64,000 nt of DNA from Alphaproteobacteria bacterium (lineage in GTDB: Bacteria; Pseudomonadota; Alphaproteobacteria; UBA828). Where the stretch lies: positions 576,001 through 640,000 of the forward strand of contig CBDCRW010000004.1 in assembly GCA_965221125.1 (NCBI GenBank). Reading direction: 5' to 3'. Made by a program: the position numbers and the translations under genes. The notes under the pieces are model-generated. The model worked only from the letters and a program-made list of their open reading frames with translations, did not search any database and was not told the origin of the DNA. This document shows, in pieces, positions 17,284-27,207 of the stretch; within the stretch, counting starts at the first letter, position 1; each line of letters starts with the position of its first letter.

Positions 17284-18575
17284 GCGCGCGGCAGGACAAT
17301 GCCGCCGCTGCCGACTCCGGCGCGGTGCGTCGGCGCCAGCTGCTGCTGTTCTCGGTCATCGCGGCGGCGGGGCTGTTCGCGGTGGCGCTCTGGATGGGCG
17401 CGGGCGGCGGCACGGCTCCCGCACCCCGGAGCGGCATCGAGGCCGGCATCGTCGAGCCCGACATGGCCGAGAAGGTCTGGACCCGACGCTCCGAGGCCCG
17501 GCTCGGCGGCATCGAGCGCCGGCTCAACGACATGGAGCGGGAGGCGAAGGAACTCGAAGGCGAGAACGCCGAGCTCCGGGCGAGGCTGGAGCAGGACGCC
17601 GACAATGCCCGCGCGGTGATCGACAGGCAGGCCGCCACCATCGCCGATCTCGAACGGCGGTTGCAGGGCGGCGGCTCCCAAGCGGGGGCAGTTCCAGGCG
17701 ATGGCACTGCGGCGGGTGGGTATTTCAGCGTGCCGGCGGCAACGCCGTCGGCCGGCCGGAACGGACAGGCGCAATCGCCCGCGCCGGCCCTCACGATCGA
17801 GACCTTCGAGCTCGAAGGCGAACCGCACTCCTCGGCGGCAGGATCGCGCAGCGGCCCCGAACTGGTGGCCGATTCGGTGGCGAAGCCGGTCGGGGCCTGG
17901 CTGCCGGCGGGCACCCATGCCGAGGCGGTGGTGCTGGCCGGCGTCGACGCCTCGGCCGGCATCTCGTCGCAGGGCGATCCCCGCCCGGTGCTGATGCGCA
18001 TCACCGGCCCCGCATGGACGGCAGCCGAGGACGGCATGGCGCTCAAGGTCGATGTCGACGGCTGCACGGTGACGGGCGCCGCCCATGGCGACCTCTCCTC
18101 GGAGAAGGTCTATGTGCGCTTCCGGACCATGACCTGCGCCGGGCCGCGTCCGGGCACGGTGGTCGAGACGCCGGTGGCGGGGTTCGTCGCCGGTTCCGGC
18201 AAGACCGGGGTGCGCGGGCCGGTGGTGAGCCGCGAGGGCGCGCTGGTCGAGAAGGCCTTCCTCGCCGGCATGGTCTCCGGCGTCGGCCAGGGCGTCTCCC
18301 AGGCGTTCCAGCCCCAGGCGGTGGCGACGGGCGCGGGCGGCGCCGCGGTCGCCAACACCGCGCTCGGCGATATCGGCCGCGCCGGCCTCGGGGCGGGCGC
18401 GTCGTCGGCCGGGCAGAAGGTTGCCGACTACATGATCCGCCGCGCCGAGCAGTACCAGCCGGTGATCCAGCTCCAGGCCGGCACGAAGGTGACGCTGGTG
18501 TTCCTCGAAGGCGCCCGCATCGACGGCCGCGCCTTGCAGCCCCGGAAGACGCAATCCGACAACGGAGGAAAATGA
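17280..18575 (+). CDS. traB: TraB (VirB10-like) pilus assembly protein
   Basis: TM segment plus coiled coil; LPAGTHAEAVVLAGVDA, GDLSSEKVYVR, GVRGPVVSREG and AEQYQPVIQL motifs. Confidence 0.92.
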   Translation: MSARQDNAAAADSGAVRRRQLLLFSVIAAAGLFAVALWMGAGGGTAPAPRSGIEAGIVEPDMAEKVWTRRSEARLGGIERRLNDMEREAKELEGENAELRARLEQDADNARAVIDRQAATIADLERRLQGGGSQAGAVPGDGTAAGGYFSVPAATPSAGRNGQAQSPAPALTIETFELEGEPHSSAAGSRSGPELVADSVAKPVGAWLPAGTHAEAVVLAGVDASAGISSQGDPRPVLMRITGPAWTAAEDGMALKVDVDGCTVTGAAHGDLSSEKVYVRFRTMTCAGPRPGTVVETPVAGFVAGSGKTGVRGPVVSREGALVEKAFLAGMVSGVGQGVSQAFQPQAVATGAGGAAVANTALGDIGRAGLGAGASSAGQKVADYMIRRAEQYQPVIQLQAGTKVTLVFLEGARIDGRALQPRKTQSDNGGK

Positions 18576-18576
18576 G

Positions 18577-19173
18577 ATGAGCAAGGGGAAGAATTGCGCG
18601 CCGCGCATGATGTCACTGCCGGCTGCCGCGATCGCAACGCTGCTGCTGGCGGGCTGCTCGTCGGGCCATGTGGGCGACGACTGGCAGTGCCCGCTGGCGG
18701 CGGGCGGGTCCTGCGCCAGCGTCGCCGCCGCCGATCCGGCGGTGCCGAAGACGGATGCCGCGCCGGCAGGGGCGCCCGGACAGCCGATCCAGCTGCTGCC
18801 GCGCGAATGGAACGCGGACGGAGTCGATACGCGACCGCCGGCGCCCCGATCCTGCCAGGCCGACTGCGGCTTCGATCCCTTCGGATGGCTCGCCCGGCTG
18901 TTCGGAGCGGAGACCGGCGGGGATCGCCCTGAAGCGAAAGACGCCGGGCCGACAGCGACGGAGGCCGCCCCTGACATTGCGGCCGCGTCCACGTCTGGTT
19001 CCCCCGTGATCGAGGAGACGCCAGCAGAGAACGACCCCGGTGCCGACGATCTGCGCACCGGGGAGACGGTGGCGCGCATCTGGATCGCGCCCTTCGTCGA
19101 TGCCGAGGGCGTCTACCGCGAGGCCTCCCATGTCCGGGTGGTGCTGGAGCCGGCCGGCTGGAGGCTGAAGTGA
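18577..19173 (+). CDS. traV: TraV lipoprotein
   Basis: Lipobox LLAGC, WQCP....CASV, and a C-terminal RIWIAPFVDAEG motif. Confidence 0.88.
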   Translation: MSKGKNCAPRMMSLPAAAIATLLLAGCSSGHVGDDWQCPLAAGGSCASVAAADPAVPKTDAAPAGAPGQPIQLLPREWNADGVDTRPPAPRSCQADCGFDPFGWLARLFGAETGGDRPEAKDAGPTATEAAPDIAAASTSGSPVIEETPAENDPGADDLRTGETVARIWIAPFVDAEGVYREASHVRVVLEPAGWRLK

Positions 19174-21740
19174 GCCCGTCCCCCGGCACGGCGCCCGGAC
19201 GCTTGCTCGAACTGTTCGAGGGCCCGGAAGCGCCGGGGCCGTGGACGCCGCCGGCGATGCCGGCCGCGCTCCATGCGCTGCTGCCCTGGCGCGCCTTCGA
19301 CGAGTCGACCGAGCTCTACATCAATGCGGACTCGGTGGGCTTCGTGCTGGAACTGCCGCCCTTCGCCGGCATCGACGCCGAGACCCTGGGCGCGCTCGCC
19401 GGCACGCTTGCCGACGCCGCGCCCGAGCGCTGCACCATCCAGGTCCTTCACTGGGCAAGCCCAAGGTTCGGCGCCGCCTTCCGCGCCTGGGCCGAACCGC
19501 GCGTCGGAACGGAAGGCGCACTCGCCCGGATGGGCCGGGGGCGCGCCGACCTGCTGGCGCCGGGCGGCTGGCGCCGGCTGCACGAAGGCGGCCCGCCCTT
19601 CACCCTCTCCGACTACCGGGTGTTCGTCACCGCCTGCCTCGCCGGCGGGCCGGGCCCGGCCGCGGAGACCGCGCTCGGCGCCTTCCGCCGCGCGCTGGAG
19701 GGGACGCTCGCCTCCGCCGGCGCAGCGGCAAGGCGGCTGGAGCCGGATGTGCTGCTGTCATTGGCGGCGGAACTCACCGCGCCCGACATTGCCGGGCGGC
19801 ACGACGGCGGCACCGAACGCCCGGCCCGGCGCTGGTCGCCCCGGGATCCCCTGCACGAACAGTGCATCGCGCCCGGCCGGGCGCTGACCGTGACCCCGCG
19901 CGGCCTCGCCTTCCACGATGCGGAAGGCGAAGACGTGGCGGTGCGGGTGCTCTCGGCGCTCGCCTTCCCCGAAGTCTGGCCGGGCTGGCGCGGCAATGCG
20001 CTGATTGGCGATTTCCACCGCGACTTCCTCCAGCCCGGCTGTCCGGTGCTGACCTGCCTCACCGTCGCCACCGGCGACGCCGCCTCGGGCGAGCGGGCCT
20101 TCCTCAAGGCGGCCAGGGCGACCCAGCAGGCCGGCACCGGCATCGCCCGCTATCTCCCCGGCCTGCCCGAGAAGGCGCGCGACTGGCAGACGGTCACCGA
20201 GCGCCTCAAGGACGGCGAGCGGCTGGTCCGCGCCTGCTACATGGCGGCGGTCTATGCGCCCCTCGATGCCCTCGACGAGGCCGAGCAGGCGGTCCGCGCG
20301 ATCTATCACGGCCAGGGCTGGCGCGTCGGGGCCGAGCGCTACATGCAGCTGCCCTCCTGGCTCGCCTGCCTGCCCATGGCGTCCGCCGGCGGCCTCGACG
20401 CCGATCTCGAACGCATGGGCCGCATGAAGACCCTGCTCACCTCCTCGGCGGTCAACCTCGCGCCGCTGCACGGCGAGTGGCGCGGACAGCCGCAGAGCCC
20501 CGACAATCCGCCCGCCCTCTTCCTGATCGGCCGCCGCGGCCAGCCCGCCGGCTGGTCGCCGTTTGCCAACGAGGCCGGCAACTACAACGTCGCGGTGACG
20601 GGCAAGTCAGGCTCGGGCAAGTCGGTCCTGATGCAGGAGCTGGTGACGGGCCTGGTCGGCGCCGGCGGCGAGGCCGTGGTGATCGACGACGGGCGCTCGT
20701 TCCAGCACACCGCCGAAGCCCTGGACGGCGCGTTCATCGCCTTCGGCAAGGACCCGGCCTGCCTCAACCCCTTCGCCATGATCGACTCAGGCACCGCCGC
20801 CCATGACGGCGACTACCGCGAGGAGTGCTTCGCCATGCTGGCCGGCGTCATCGGCCGCATGGCGCGGCGAAGGGGCTCGATCGACGATATCGAAGCCGCG
20901 CTCATTGCCGAGGCCATCGCGCAGGCCTGGGACGAGGGCGGCAACGAAGCCGATCTCGGCAGTGTCAGAAAGAACCTCCACGCCCGCGACGACCGCCGCG
21001 CCGCCGACATGGCCACCGCGCTCGGTCCCTGGTGTCCGGGCGGAGCGATGGGGCGGCTCTTCGCCGGCTCGCATACCCCGGCGCTCGACCGGGCGCTCAC
21101 CGTGTTCGAGCTGGCCGAGCTCAAGGGTCGTGGCGACCTGCAGGCGGTGGTCCTCATGCTGGTGGTCTTCCTCGCCACCCAGCGCATGTATCACGGAGAG
21201 CGCACGCGGGCGAAAGCCATCGTCATCGACGAGGCCTGGGACCTGCTCTCGGGCGAGGACAGCCGTGCCTTCCTCGAAGGCGCCGCCAGACGCGCCCGCA
21301 AATACCGCGGCGCGCTGATTACCGGCACGCAGTCGGTCAACGACTACTACGCCAACCCCGCGGCGCGCGCCGCGTGGGAGAACTCGGACTGGGTGATCTT
21401 TCTCGCCCAGAAGGACGAGTCGGTCGAGCTCCTGAAGCAGGAAAAGCGCATCCATTGCGATCCCGGCATGGAGCGGGCGCTCAAGAGCCTGACCACGGCC
21501 GACGGGCGTTATGCCGAGCTGGTGCTGCACGGCCCCGACGGCTGGCGCGTCGCGCGGCTGGTGCTCGACACCTGGTCGGTGGCGCTGTTCTCCTCGCGCG
21601 GGCCCGCCTTCGCCGCTGTCGAGCGGCTCAAGGCCAAGGGCCTTTCCACCGTCGAGGCCATCGACCGGCTTGCCGGGGACGGTACGCCTGCCCCTGCCGG
21701 CCATTCCGCAACCACCGAACGAAAGGGAGAGAACGCATGA
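19170..21740 (+). CDS. traC: TraC (VirB4-like) ATPase
   Basis: NYNVAVTGKSGSGKS Walker A, IDEAWDLL Walker B, and RRARKY.GA..TGTQS. Confidence 0.95.
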   Translation: MSPSPGTAPGRLLELFEGPEAPGPWTPPAMPAALHALLPWRAFDESTELYINADSVGFVLELPPFAGIDAETLGALAGTLADAAPERCTIQVLHWASPRFGAAFRAWAEPRVGTEGALARMGRGRADLLAPGGWRRLHEGGPPFTLSDYRVFVTACLAGGPGPAAETALGAFRRALEGTLASAGAAARRLEPDVLLSLAAELTAPDIAGRHDGGTERPARRWSPRDPLHEQCIAPGRALTVTPRGLAFHDAEGEDVAVRVLSALAFPEVWPGWRGNALIGDFHRDFLQPGCPVLTCLTVATGDAASGERAFLKAARATQQAGTGIARYLPGLPEKARDWQTVTERLKDGERLVRACYMAAVYAPLDALDEAEQAVRAIYHGQGWRVGAERYMQLPSWLACLPMASAGGLDADLERMGRMKTLLTSSAVNLAPLHGEWRGQPQSPDNPPALFLIGRRGQPAGWSPFANEAGNYNVAVTGKSGSGKSVLMQELVTGLVGAGGEAVVIDDGRSFQHTAEALDGAFIAFGKDPACLNPFAMIDSGTAAHDGDYREECFAMLAGVIGRMARRRGSIDDIEAALIAEAIAQAWDEGGNEADLGSVRKNLHARDDRRAADMATALGPWCPGGAMGRLFAGSHTPALDRALTVFELAELKGRGDLQAVVLMLVVFLATQRMYHGERTRAKAIVIDEAWDLLSGEDSRAFLEGAARRARKYRGALITGTQSVNDYYANPAARAAWENSDWVIFLAQKDESVELLKQEKRIHCDPGMERALKSLTTADGRYAELVLHGPDGWRVARLVLDTWSVALFSSRGPAFAAVERLKAKGLSTVEAIDRLAGDGTPAPAGHSATTERKGENA

Positions 21741-22378
21741 CCGTGAACCCTGCCGGCGCGAAGCCGCGGGCGCCGCTCAACTGGCCGGGCGATCCGGAGG
21801 GCGTGACGGCCGACGACATCGACTTCGAGGCGCTGGCCCATGTGCTGGCCAATACCTGCCGCCGGGGCGGCTGCTGCCGGCAATACCACTCCATCGCCGC
21901 CCATGCGGTGATCGTCTCGGAGGAAATCGCGGCGCTCGACGGGCTCGAAGAGGAGGACCAGCGAACGCTTGCGCTGCACGCGCTGATCGCCGGCGCGGCC
22001 TCGGCCTGGCTTCGGGGGCGTCTGCCGGACTCGCAGCGCGCGGCGGAACGCACCGGGAAACTCGCCACCGGGATCGAGACCGCCGTGCGCAAGGCGGCCG
22101 GGCTCGATGCCGTGCTGGAAGAGGAACAGGCGGAACTGCTCCGGTTCGTCATGCGCATGGCAGCGGCAACCGAAAGTCGCGACCTTCTGGATGAGCCGGC
22201 GGTTGGCGCCGGCGTCGCCTTCCCGCCGCTGAAGCGCCGCATCCGCAGCATCCCGCCCGACAAGGCGGCCGCGGCCTGGCTCGCCCGCTTCCGGGCGCTG
22301 GCCGGGCCGGAGGAGGAGCGGCGCGGACGAATCTCCCGAACGGATGAGCCGGGCGAGGCGGATGCCGCGCAAGCCTGA
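21737..22378 (+). CDS. YfdR/YfbR-like HD-fold protein with a degenerate HD motif
   Basis: DIDFEALAHVLANTCR.GG...YHSIAAHAV matches the family. The expected LLHDA.EAY reads LIAGAASAW. ATGA overlap with traC. Confidence 0.6.
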   Translation: MTVNPAGAKPRAPLNWPGDPEGVTADDIDFEALAHVLANTCRRGGCCRQYHSIAAHAVIVSEEIAALDGLEEEDQRTLALHALIAGAASAWLRGRLPDSQRAAERTGKLATGIETAVRKAAGLDAVLEEEQAELLRFVMRMAAATESRDLLDEPAVGAGVAFPPLKRRIRSIPPDKAAAAWLARFRALAGPEEERRGRISRTDEPGEADAAQA

Positions 22379-22739
22379 CATGGCTGGGCGCGACCCCGGC
22401 TGGCCGGTGCTGCTGTCCGCCGTGCTGCTCTCGGGCGCGGTGGCCGCTGCGGTCGCCGCTGCGACGTTGCGCTATGGCGTGGAGCCTGCGCCGCGCATCG
22501 CAGGCGTCCGCCTCGCGGAGATCACGGCGGATTACACCGCGCGGGCCGCGACGGAAGGGGCGACGGCGGAGGACGTGCGCGTCTGGGGCGTTGCGCTGGA
22601 GACCGCCCTCGATGCTGTGGCGCAGCGTCATGGCGCGGTGCTGCTGCCGGCGCGCGCCGTCGCCGCTGGCGCCCCCGATCTCACACCCGAGGTCGAAGCC
22701 GCAGTGGAGCGGCTGCTGGTTCCGGGAGAGGACCGTTGA
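22344..22739 (+). CDS. trbI: TrbI-like F-type conjugation protein
   Basis: TM segment, then ...AVLLPARAVAAGAPDLTPEV; synteny. The start may be 22380. Confidence 0.75.
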   Translation: MSRARRMPRKPDMAGRDPGWPVLLSAVLLSGAVAAAVAAATLRYGVEPAPRIAGVRLAEITADYTARAATEGATAEDVRVWGVALETALDAVAQRHGAVLLPARAVAAGAPDLTPEVEAAVERLLVPGEDR

Positions 22740-23317
22740 CCGCGGAGCGTCCGATATTCAACCGGCGGGACGACCGGCTGCGCCGCCGCAAGGCCGGTCT
22801 TGTCGTGATGGTCGCGCTGGCGATGCTCTGGCTGGCTGCGGCCTCGCGCGTGCATGTCAATGCGAGCTGGTCCGACGAAGCCTGGGGCTACGCGGCATTC
22901 CCGTTGTTCGGAACGGGACCGAAGATCGGCGACCGGGTGCTGTTTGAGCCACCCGCTTCCGTCGGGTCTCGCGTGCCGTACATGAAGACCGTGCGCGGGC
23001 TTCCCGGCATGGCCGTTACCGTCGATGCGGACAGGACGGTCCATCTCGACGGCGAGCCGGTCGGGCGCGCCAAGACCCATGCGCTGGACGGTCGGCCGCT
23101 CGCGGCGCTCGCGCCGGGCGCCATCCCGGACGGCCACTACTTCCTGTACGCCGATCATCGCGACAGCCACGACAGCCGCTATGCCGAAATCGGCCTCGTG
23201 CCGCGCGCGCGCATTCTCGGCCGCGCCGTCTCGCTGCCCGACCTGCCCTGGCTCGGCCTGAAGGGACCGCTGGTCGGGCCGGAAGATACCGGCAGCGCGC
23301 CGGAGGCAGGGCGATGA
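22736..23317 (+). CDS. S26-family conjugative signal peptidase (TrhF-like, pilin processing)
   Basis: NASWS, YMKTVRGLPG and SHDSRYAEIGLVP motifs. Confidence 0.85.
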   Translation: MTAERPIFNRRDDRLRRRKAGLVVMVALAMLWLAAASRVHVNASWSDEAWGYAAFPLFGTGPKIGDRVLFEPPASVGSRVPYMKTVRGLPGMAVTVDADRTVHLDGEPVGRAKTHALDGRPLAALAPGAIPDGHYFLYADHRDSHDSRYAEIGLVPRARILGRAVSLPDLPWLGLKGPLVGPEDTGSAPEAGR

Positions 23318-23934
23318 TGCGCATCGCCGCCATGGTGTTGGCCGCGGTCTTGGCGGCCCTGCCGGTATCGGCGAAGGACCTCGGCGTGCGCGGCGCGACC
23401 TGGCCGGTGGCCGAGCCCGACCTGCTGGAAGAGATCGAGGCGCGGCTCGTCGGGATGCAGCGTTCCGGCGATCTGGCGCGGATGGAAGACGAAGCCCGCA
23501 GCCGCGCCCGCCGGAAGCTTGAAGAGCCCGAACCGGTGCCGGGCATCGCACCGGCAACCGAGCGACGCAGCCGATTGTTCGATCCAGCCATCGCTGTTGC
23601 AAGGGATATCCGCACGCCCGACGGCGCTCTTATCGCGGCGGCCGGCGCAAGGGTCAACCCGCTGGAGCGCCTGCCGCTGACGCGCGACCTGATCTTCCTC
23701 GACGGAAGGCGCGCGGCCGAGATCGCCTGGGCGCTCGCCCATGAGCGGCCCGTGAAGATCGTGCTGCTCGCCGGGCGGCCTCTCGACCTGATGCGCGCGC
23801 ATCGCCGGCCCTTCTTCTTCGATGCTGGCGGCCGCATTGCGGCCCGTTTCGCCATCGCCGCAACGCCGACGCTGATCCAACAGGACGGACAGGCGCTGCG
23901 CATCACCGAGTTTCCCATCGGGCAGGAGGACTGA
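23314..23934 (+). CDS. traW: Conjugal transfer protein TraW
   Basis: DLGVRGATWPVAEPDLL, FDPAI...DI, VNPLE and FFFDAGGRI motifs. Confidence 0.92.
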   Translation: MMRIAAMVLAAVLAALPVSAKDLGVRGATWPVAEPDLLEEIEARLVGMQRSGDLARMEDEARSRARRKLEEPEPVPGIAPATERRSRLFDPAIAVARDIRTPDGALIAAAGARVNPLERLPLTRDLIFLDGRRAAEIAWALAHERPVKIVLLAGRPLDLMRAHRRPFFFDAGGRIAARFAIAATPTLIQQDGQALRITEFPIGQED

Positions 23935-23937
23935 GCC

Positions 23938-24330
23938 ATGCTGAACATGAACCGCGCAACCCTTGTCGGCCATGCCGGACGCGATCCCGAGATCCGCGAC
24001 CTTGCGAACGGCGAGAAGGCCGCGACCTTCACGCTGGCCACCACGGAGAAATGGAAGGACCGCGAGGGCAACCCCGCCGAGGCGACCGAGTGGCATCGGG
24101 TCGTCGTGTACGGCCCCACGGTCGCGGCGGTGGAGACCATGCTCAGGAAGGGCGATGCGGTGATGGTCGAGGGCCGCATCGCGACCCGGAAATACAGCGA
24201 CCGCGACGGCATCGAGCGCAGCCTCACCGAAATCGTCGTCGCCGGACCGCAGGGCATGGTCAACATCCTCTCCGGGAGACGCACAGCAGAAGGCGAAAAC
24301 CCTGCCTCTGGAGCCGGTGCCGCGGCATGA
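23938..24330 (+). CDS. ssb: Single-stranded DNA-binding protein
   Basis: MNRATLVGHAGRDPEIR, TEWHRVV and LRKGD.V.VEGRIATRKY. Confidence 0.95.
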   Translation: MLNMNRATLVGHAGRDPEIRDLANGEKAATFTLATTEKWKDREGNPAEATEWHRVVVYGPTVAAVETMLRKGDAVMVEGRIATRKYSDRDGIERSLTEIVVAGPQGMVNILSGRRTAEGENPASGAGAAA

Positions 24331-25340
24331 ACCGGCACCGCCTGTCCCTGTCGGCACTGGTCCTGGCGCTGGCGTTTCCGGTCGTCCTTTGGGCCGCTCC
24401 GGCCTCGGCGCAGTCCTGCACCGGGCGGTTCGTCAACCCGATCTCGGACGTCTGCTGGGAGTGCCTGTTCCCGATCTCGATCGGCCCGCTCACCATCGGG
24501 AGTGTCGGCGGTGTGGTCGACACGCCCAACCCGTCCTCGCCGATCTGCTTCTGCGGCTCGCCCATCCCTCGCATCGGCCTCTCCCTCGGGGTGTGGGAGC
24601 CGGCACGGCTGGTCGATGTCACCCGGACCCCCTGGTGCTTCCCCAATCTCGGCGGCCTCACCATCGATCCCGGCCTGCCCGCCGCGCGCGGCCGCACCGG
24701 GTCGTCGGGCGGCGACGGCGCCAAGGGCTCGGTCTGGCACGCGCATTACTACATGTATCCGCTCTTGAGCTGGATCGGGGTGCTGCTCGATCTCGGCTGC
24801 CTGGAGGGCGGCGGGCTCGACATCGCCTGGGTCTCGGAGCTCGACCCGGCCTGGCTCGACGACGAGCTGACCTTCCTGCTGAACCCGGAAGCGGCGCTGT
24901 TCGCGGACCTGCCGGCGCAGGCGGCCTGCGCGGCCGACTGCGCGGCGGCCTCGGCCGGGCTGCCGCAGGACGGTCTGTTCTGGTGCGCGGGCTGCCAGGG
25001 CGGGATGTATCCGCTGACCGGCAACGTGGCGGCCCATGTCGGCGGGGTGCAGGCCTCGCTGCTCGCGGCCCAGCGGCTGGTCTACCGCCTCCACCGCACC
25101 GGGCTCGCCTGGGGCACGTCGGGCTCGGCCGCGCTCTGCGGGCGCTACCCGATGCCGGTGATGAAGAAGAGCCAGTACCGCTGGCAGATGACCCAGCCGG
25201 TGCCGGCGACGACGCCGGCGACCGGCTGCAACCCGACCGGGCGCTCCTCGGTGCTCTGGGAATCCCTCCGCGAGCTGCCGGTCTCCGGCGAGAGCTTCGG
25301 CTACCTGCTGTTCCGGAAACGCCACTGTTGCCTGCTCTGA
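24327..25340 (+). CDS. traU: Conjugal transfer protein TraU
   Basis: CTGRFVNPISDVCWECLFPISIG, WEPARLVDV, SELDPAW and a C-terminal FRKRHCCLL. Confidence 0.95.
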   Translation: MNRHRLSLSALVLALAFPVVLWAAPASAQSCTGRFVNPISDVCWECLFPISIGPLTIGSVGGVVDTPNPSSPICFCGSPIPRIGLSLGVWEPARLVDVTRTPWCFPNLGGLTIDPGLPAARGRTGSSGGDGAKGSVWHAHYYMYPLLSWIGVLLDLGCLEGGGLDIAWVSELDPAWLDDELTFLLNPEAALFADLPAQAACAADCAAASAGLPQDGLFWCAGCQGGMYPLTGNVAAHVGGVQASLLAAQRLVYRLHRTGLAWGTSGSAALCGRYPMPVMKKSQYRWQMTQPVPATTPATGCNPTGRSSVLWESLRELPVSGESFGYLLFRKRHCCLL

Positions 25341-25381
25341 ACCCGATGAAACGAAACAATCATCAAGACACTGACAAGGCC

Positions 25382-26110
25382 ATGACGATCCGCCTCTCCG
25401 CATCCCGAACCGTCCTTCTGCTCACTGCCGCGCTGCTGCTTGGCGCCTGCGCCTGTCCGGTGCGGGCAGATGAGAAACCACAGACGGGGACACCCGAAGC
25501 CGATGCATCCCGCCTGGCCGAAGAGGTTCTGCGCAAGGCCGGCAACGACGATCTTGCGGACTGGACCCGCTCGATCATGGACCGCGCGCTCGAACGCGCC
25601 GGCGAGGCCGCCAGGCGGACGGTCCCCGGACAGTCCCGACCCCTCCCGGCCGAAAGCCATGCGGAAAGCTTCGCGGCCCGACGCCCCGCCTCGGCGGAGG
25701 TGCTGATCTTCACCAGCCTGTCGGTTCCGGCGGCGAGCTGGCGGCAATGGGCGCGCGCTGCGGCAGTGCTGGACGCGCCGCTCGTGATGCGCGGCGTCGG
25801 CGCGGCGGGGCTTCCGACGACCGCCAGAGCAATCCGTGACCGCCTCGGCGACCGCAATGTCGGCATCGCCATCGACCCGCGCCTGTTCCACCTGTTCGAT
25901 ATCGAACGCGTGCCGGCGGTGGTCGTGGTGCCGGGCGGCGTGCCGGCCTGCGAGAGCCGGGGATGTTCGGATGATCCGACGCCGGATCACGATCTCGTCG
26001 CCGGCAATATCGGCCTCGTCTCCGCGCTGGAAGCCATCGCCGCCGAAGGGGAGGCCGGACGCGCGGTTGCGCAAGTCTATCTCGATCGCCTGAGGGGTGA
26101 CGCGCGATGA
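25382..26110 (+). CDS. trbC: F-type pilin assembly protein TrbC
   Basis: FTSLSVP...LVMRG...IAIDPRLFHLFDIERVPAVV...GNI motif. Confidence 0.88.
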   Translation: MTIRLSASRTVLLLTAALLLGACACPVRADEKPQTGTPEADASRLAEEVLRKAGNDDLADWTRSIMDRALERAGEAARRTVPGQSRPLPAESHAESFAARRPASAEVLIFTSLSVPAASWRQWARAAAVLDAPLVMRGVGAAGLPTTARAIRDRLGDRNVGIAIDPRLFHLFDIERVPAVVVVPGGVPACESRGCSDDPTPDHDLVAGNIGLVSALEAIAAEGEAGRAVAQVYLDRLRGDAR

Positions 26111-27207
26111 GGGGGTGGGCACATTGGCGGACCCGCCTGTTCGGCCTGGTCGTGCTGGCGGCGGTGTTCGGCTTCCTGCTCTGGATCGTGTTCGGCGGCG
26201 GCGCCCAAGCCGAGGACCCCAAGGCGGCCGCCCGCGCCATCGGCAATGCGGGGAGCGTAACCGCCGGCGCCATCGCGCGCGACGGCTCGAATGCAGCCAC
26301 CGTGCCGGGTTACGCCGGCACGAACCTGCCGGAACGCAGCATCGGCGCCGACGACCTGGAGGATGAAGGCCGCGCCCGGCTTGCCGATCCCGACGATCCG
26401 GGCGGTCAGGCCGGGCGCAGCGTGATCGAGGGCGTGACGGTCCGGCCCGACGTGCCTGTAACCGACAGCGATCCCGACATCGTGCGCGGCAAGACGGTCG
26501 CCGCCGATCCGCGGGCGCCGTCCCATGGCGCGGGCAACCTCGCCTCGGGCAGCATCTGGGACTGCACGGCGGACCTGGCCGACGCCGACCGCGGCGGCGC
26601 CTGCGGCGCGGTGCGCTGGTGCGTCGGCGCGGACTGCGACAGCACGCAACCGCAGGCCAATACCGGCTTTGCCGAGGCGACGACGCGGCTCAACATGGCG
26701 ATGGAGATGGGCGGCGAGGAGTTCGACCGGGAGTCCCTGCGCATTTTCACCGGCAAGCGGCGCGCCTGCCACATCCATTACGGGGGGCTGGCAAACTGCT
26801 GCAAGAACACAGGGCTGCTGGTCGGGCTCGCCAACTGCTCGGCCTCCGAACGCGAGCTGGCGAAGGAGCGCAACGCCGGCAACACCCACTATCTCGGCAA
26901 ATACTGCTCGAAGCGCATCTTCGGCGTCTGCATCCGCCGCTCGCGGGCCTGGTGCGTGTTCTCATCGAAGCTCGGGCGCATCCTGCACCAGCAGGGGCGG
27001 CCGCAGCTCGGGATCGGCTGGTCGAGCTGCCGGGGCTTCACCGTGGCGGAGATCGAGCGCATCGACTTCGCGGCCCTCGATCTTTCCGAGTTCACCCAGG
27101 ACCTGATGGACGGCTCGCGGGAACCGGCGGTGTCGCTGCCCGACGCCGGCGGCACGCAGGCGATCATGAAGGACCGGGTGCGCGACTTCTACGGGCGGCA
27201 GCCGTGA
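26107..27207 (+). CDS. traN: Mating-pair stabilization protein TraN (short form)
   Basis: Cys-rich NCCK, YCSKRIFGVCI, WCVFSSKLGRILHQQGRPQLG and CRGFTVAEIERIDF..LDLSEF. Confidence 0.88.
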   Translation: MRGWAHWRTRLFGLVVLAAVFGFLLWIVFGGGAQAEDPKAAARAIGNAGSVTAGAIARDGSNAATVPGYAGTNLPERSIGADDLEDEGRARLADPDDPGGQAGRSVIEGVTVRPDVPVTDSDPDIVRGKTVAADPRAPSHGAGNLASGSIWDCTADLADADRGGACGAVRWCVGADCDSTQPQANTGFAEATTRLNMAMEMGGEEFDRESLRIFTGKRRACHIHYGGLANCCKNTGLLVGLANCSASERELAKERNAGNTHYLGKYCSKRIFGVCIRRSRAWCVFSSKLGRILHQQGRPQLGIGWSSCRGFTVAEIERIDFAALDLSEFTQDLMDGSREPAVSLPDAGGTQAIMKDRVRDFYGRQP

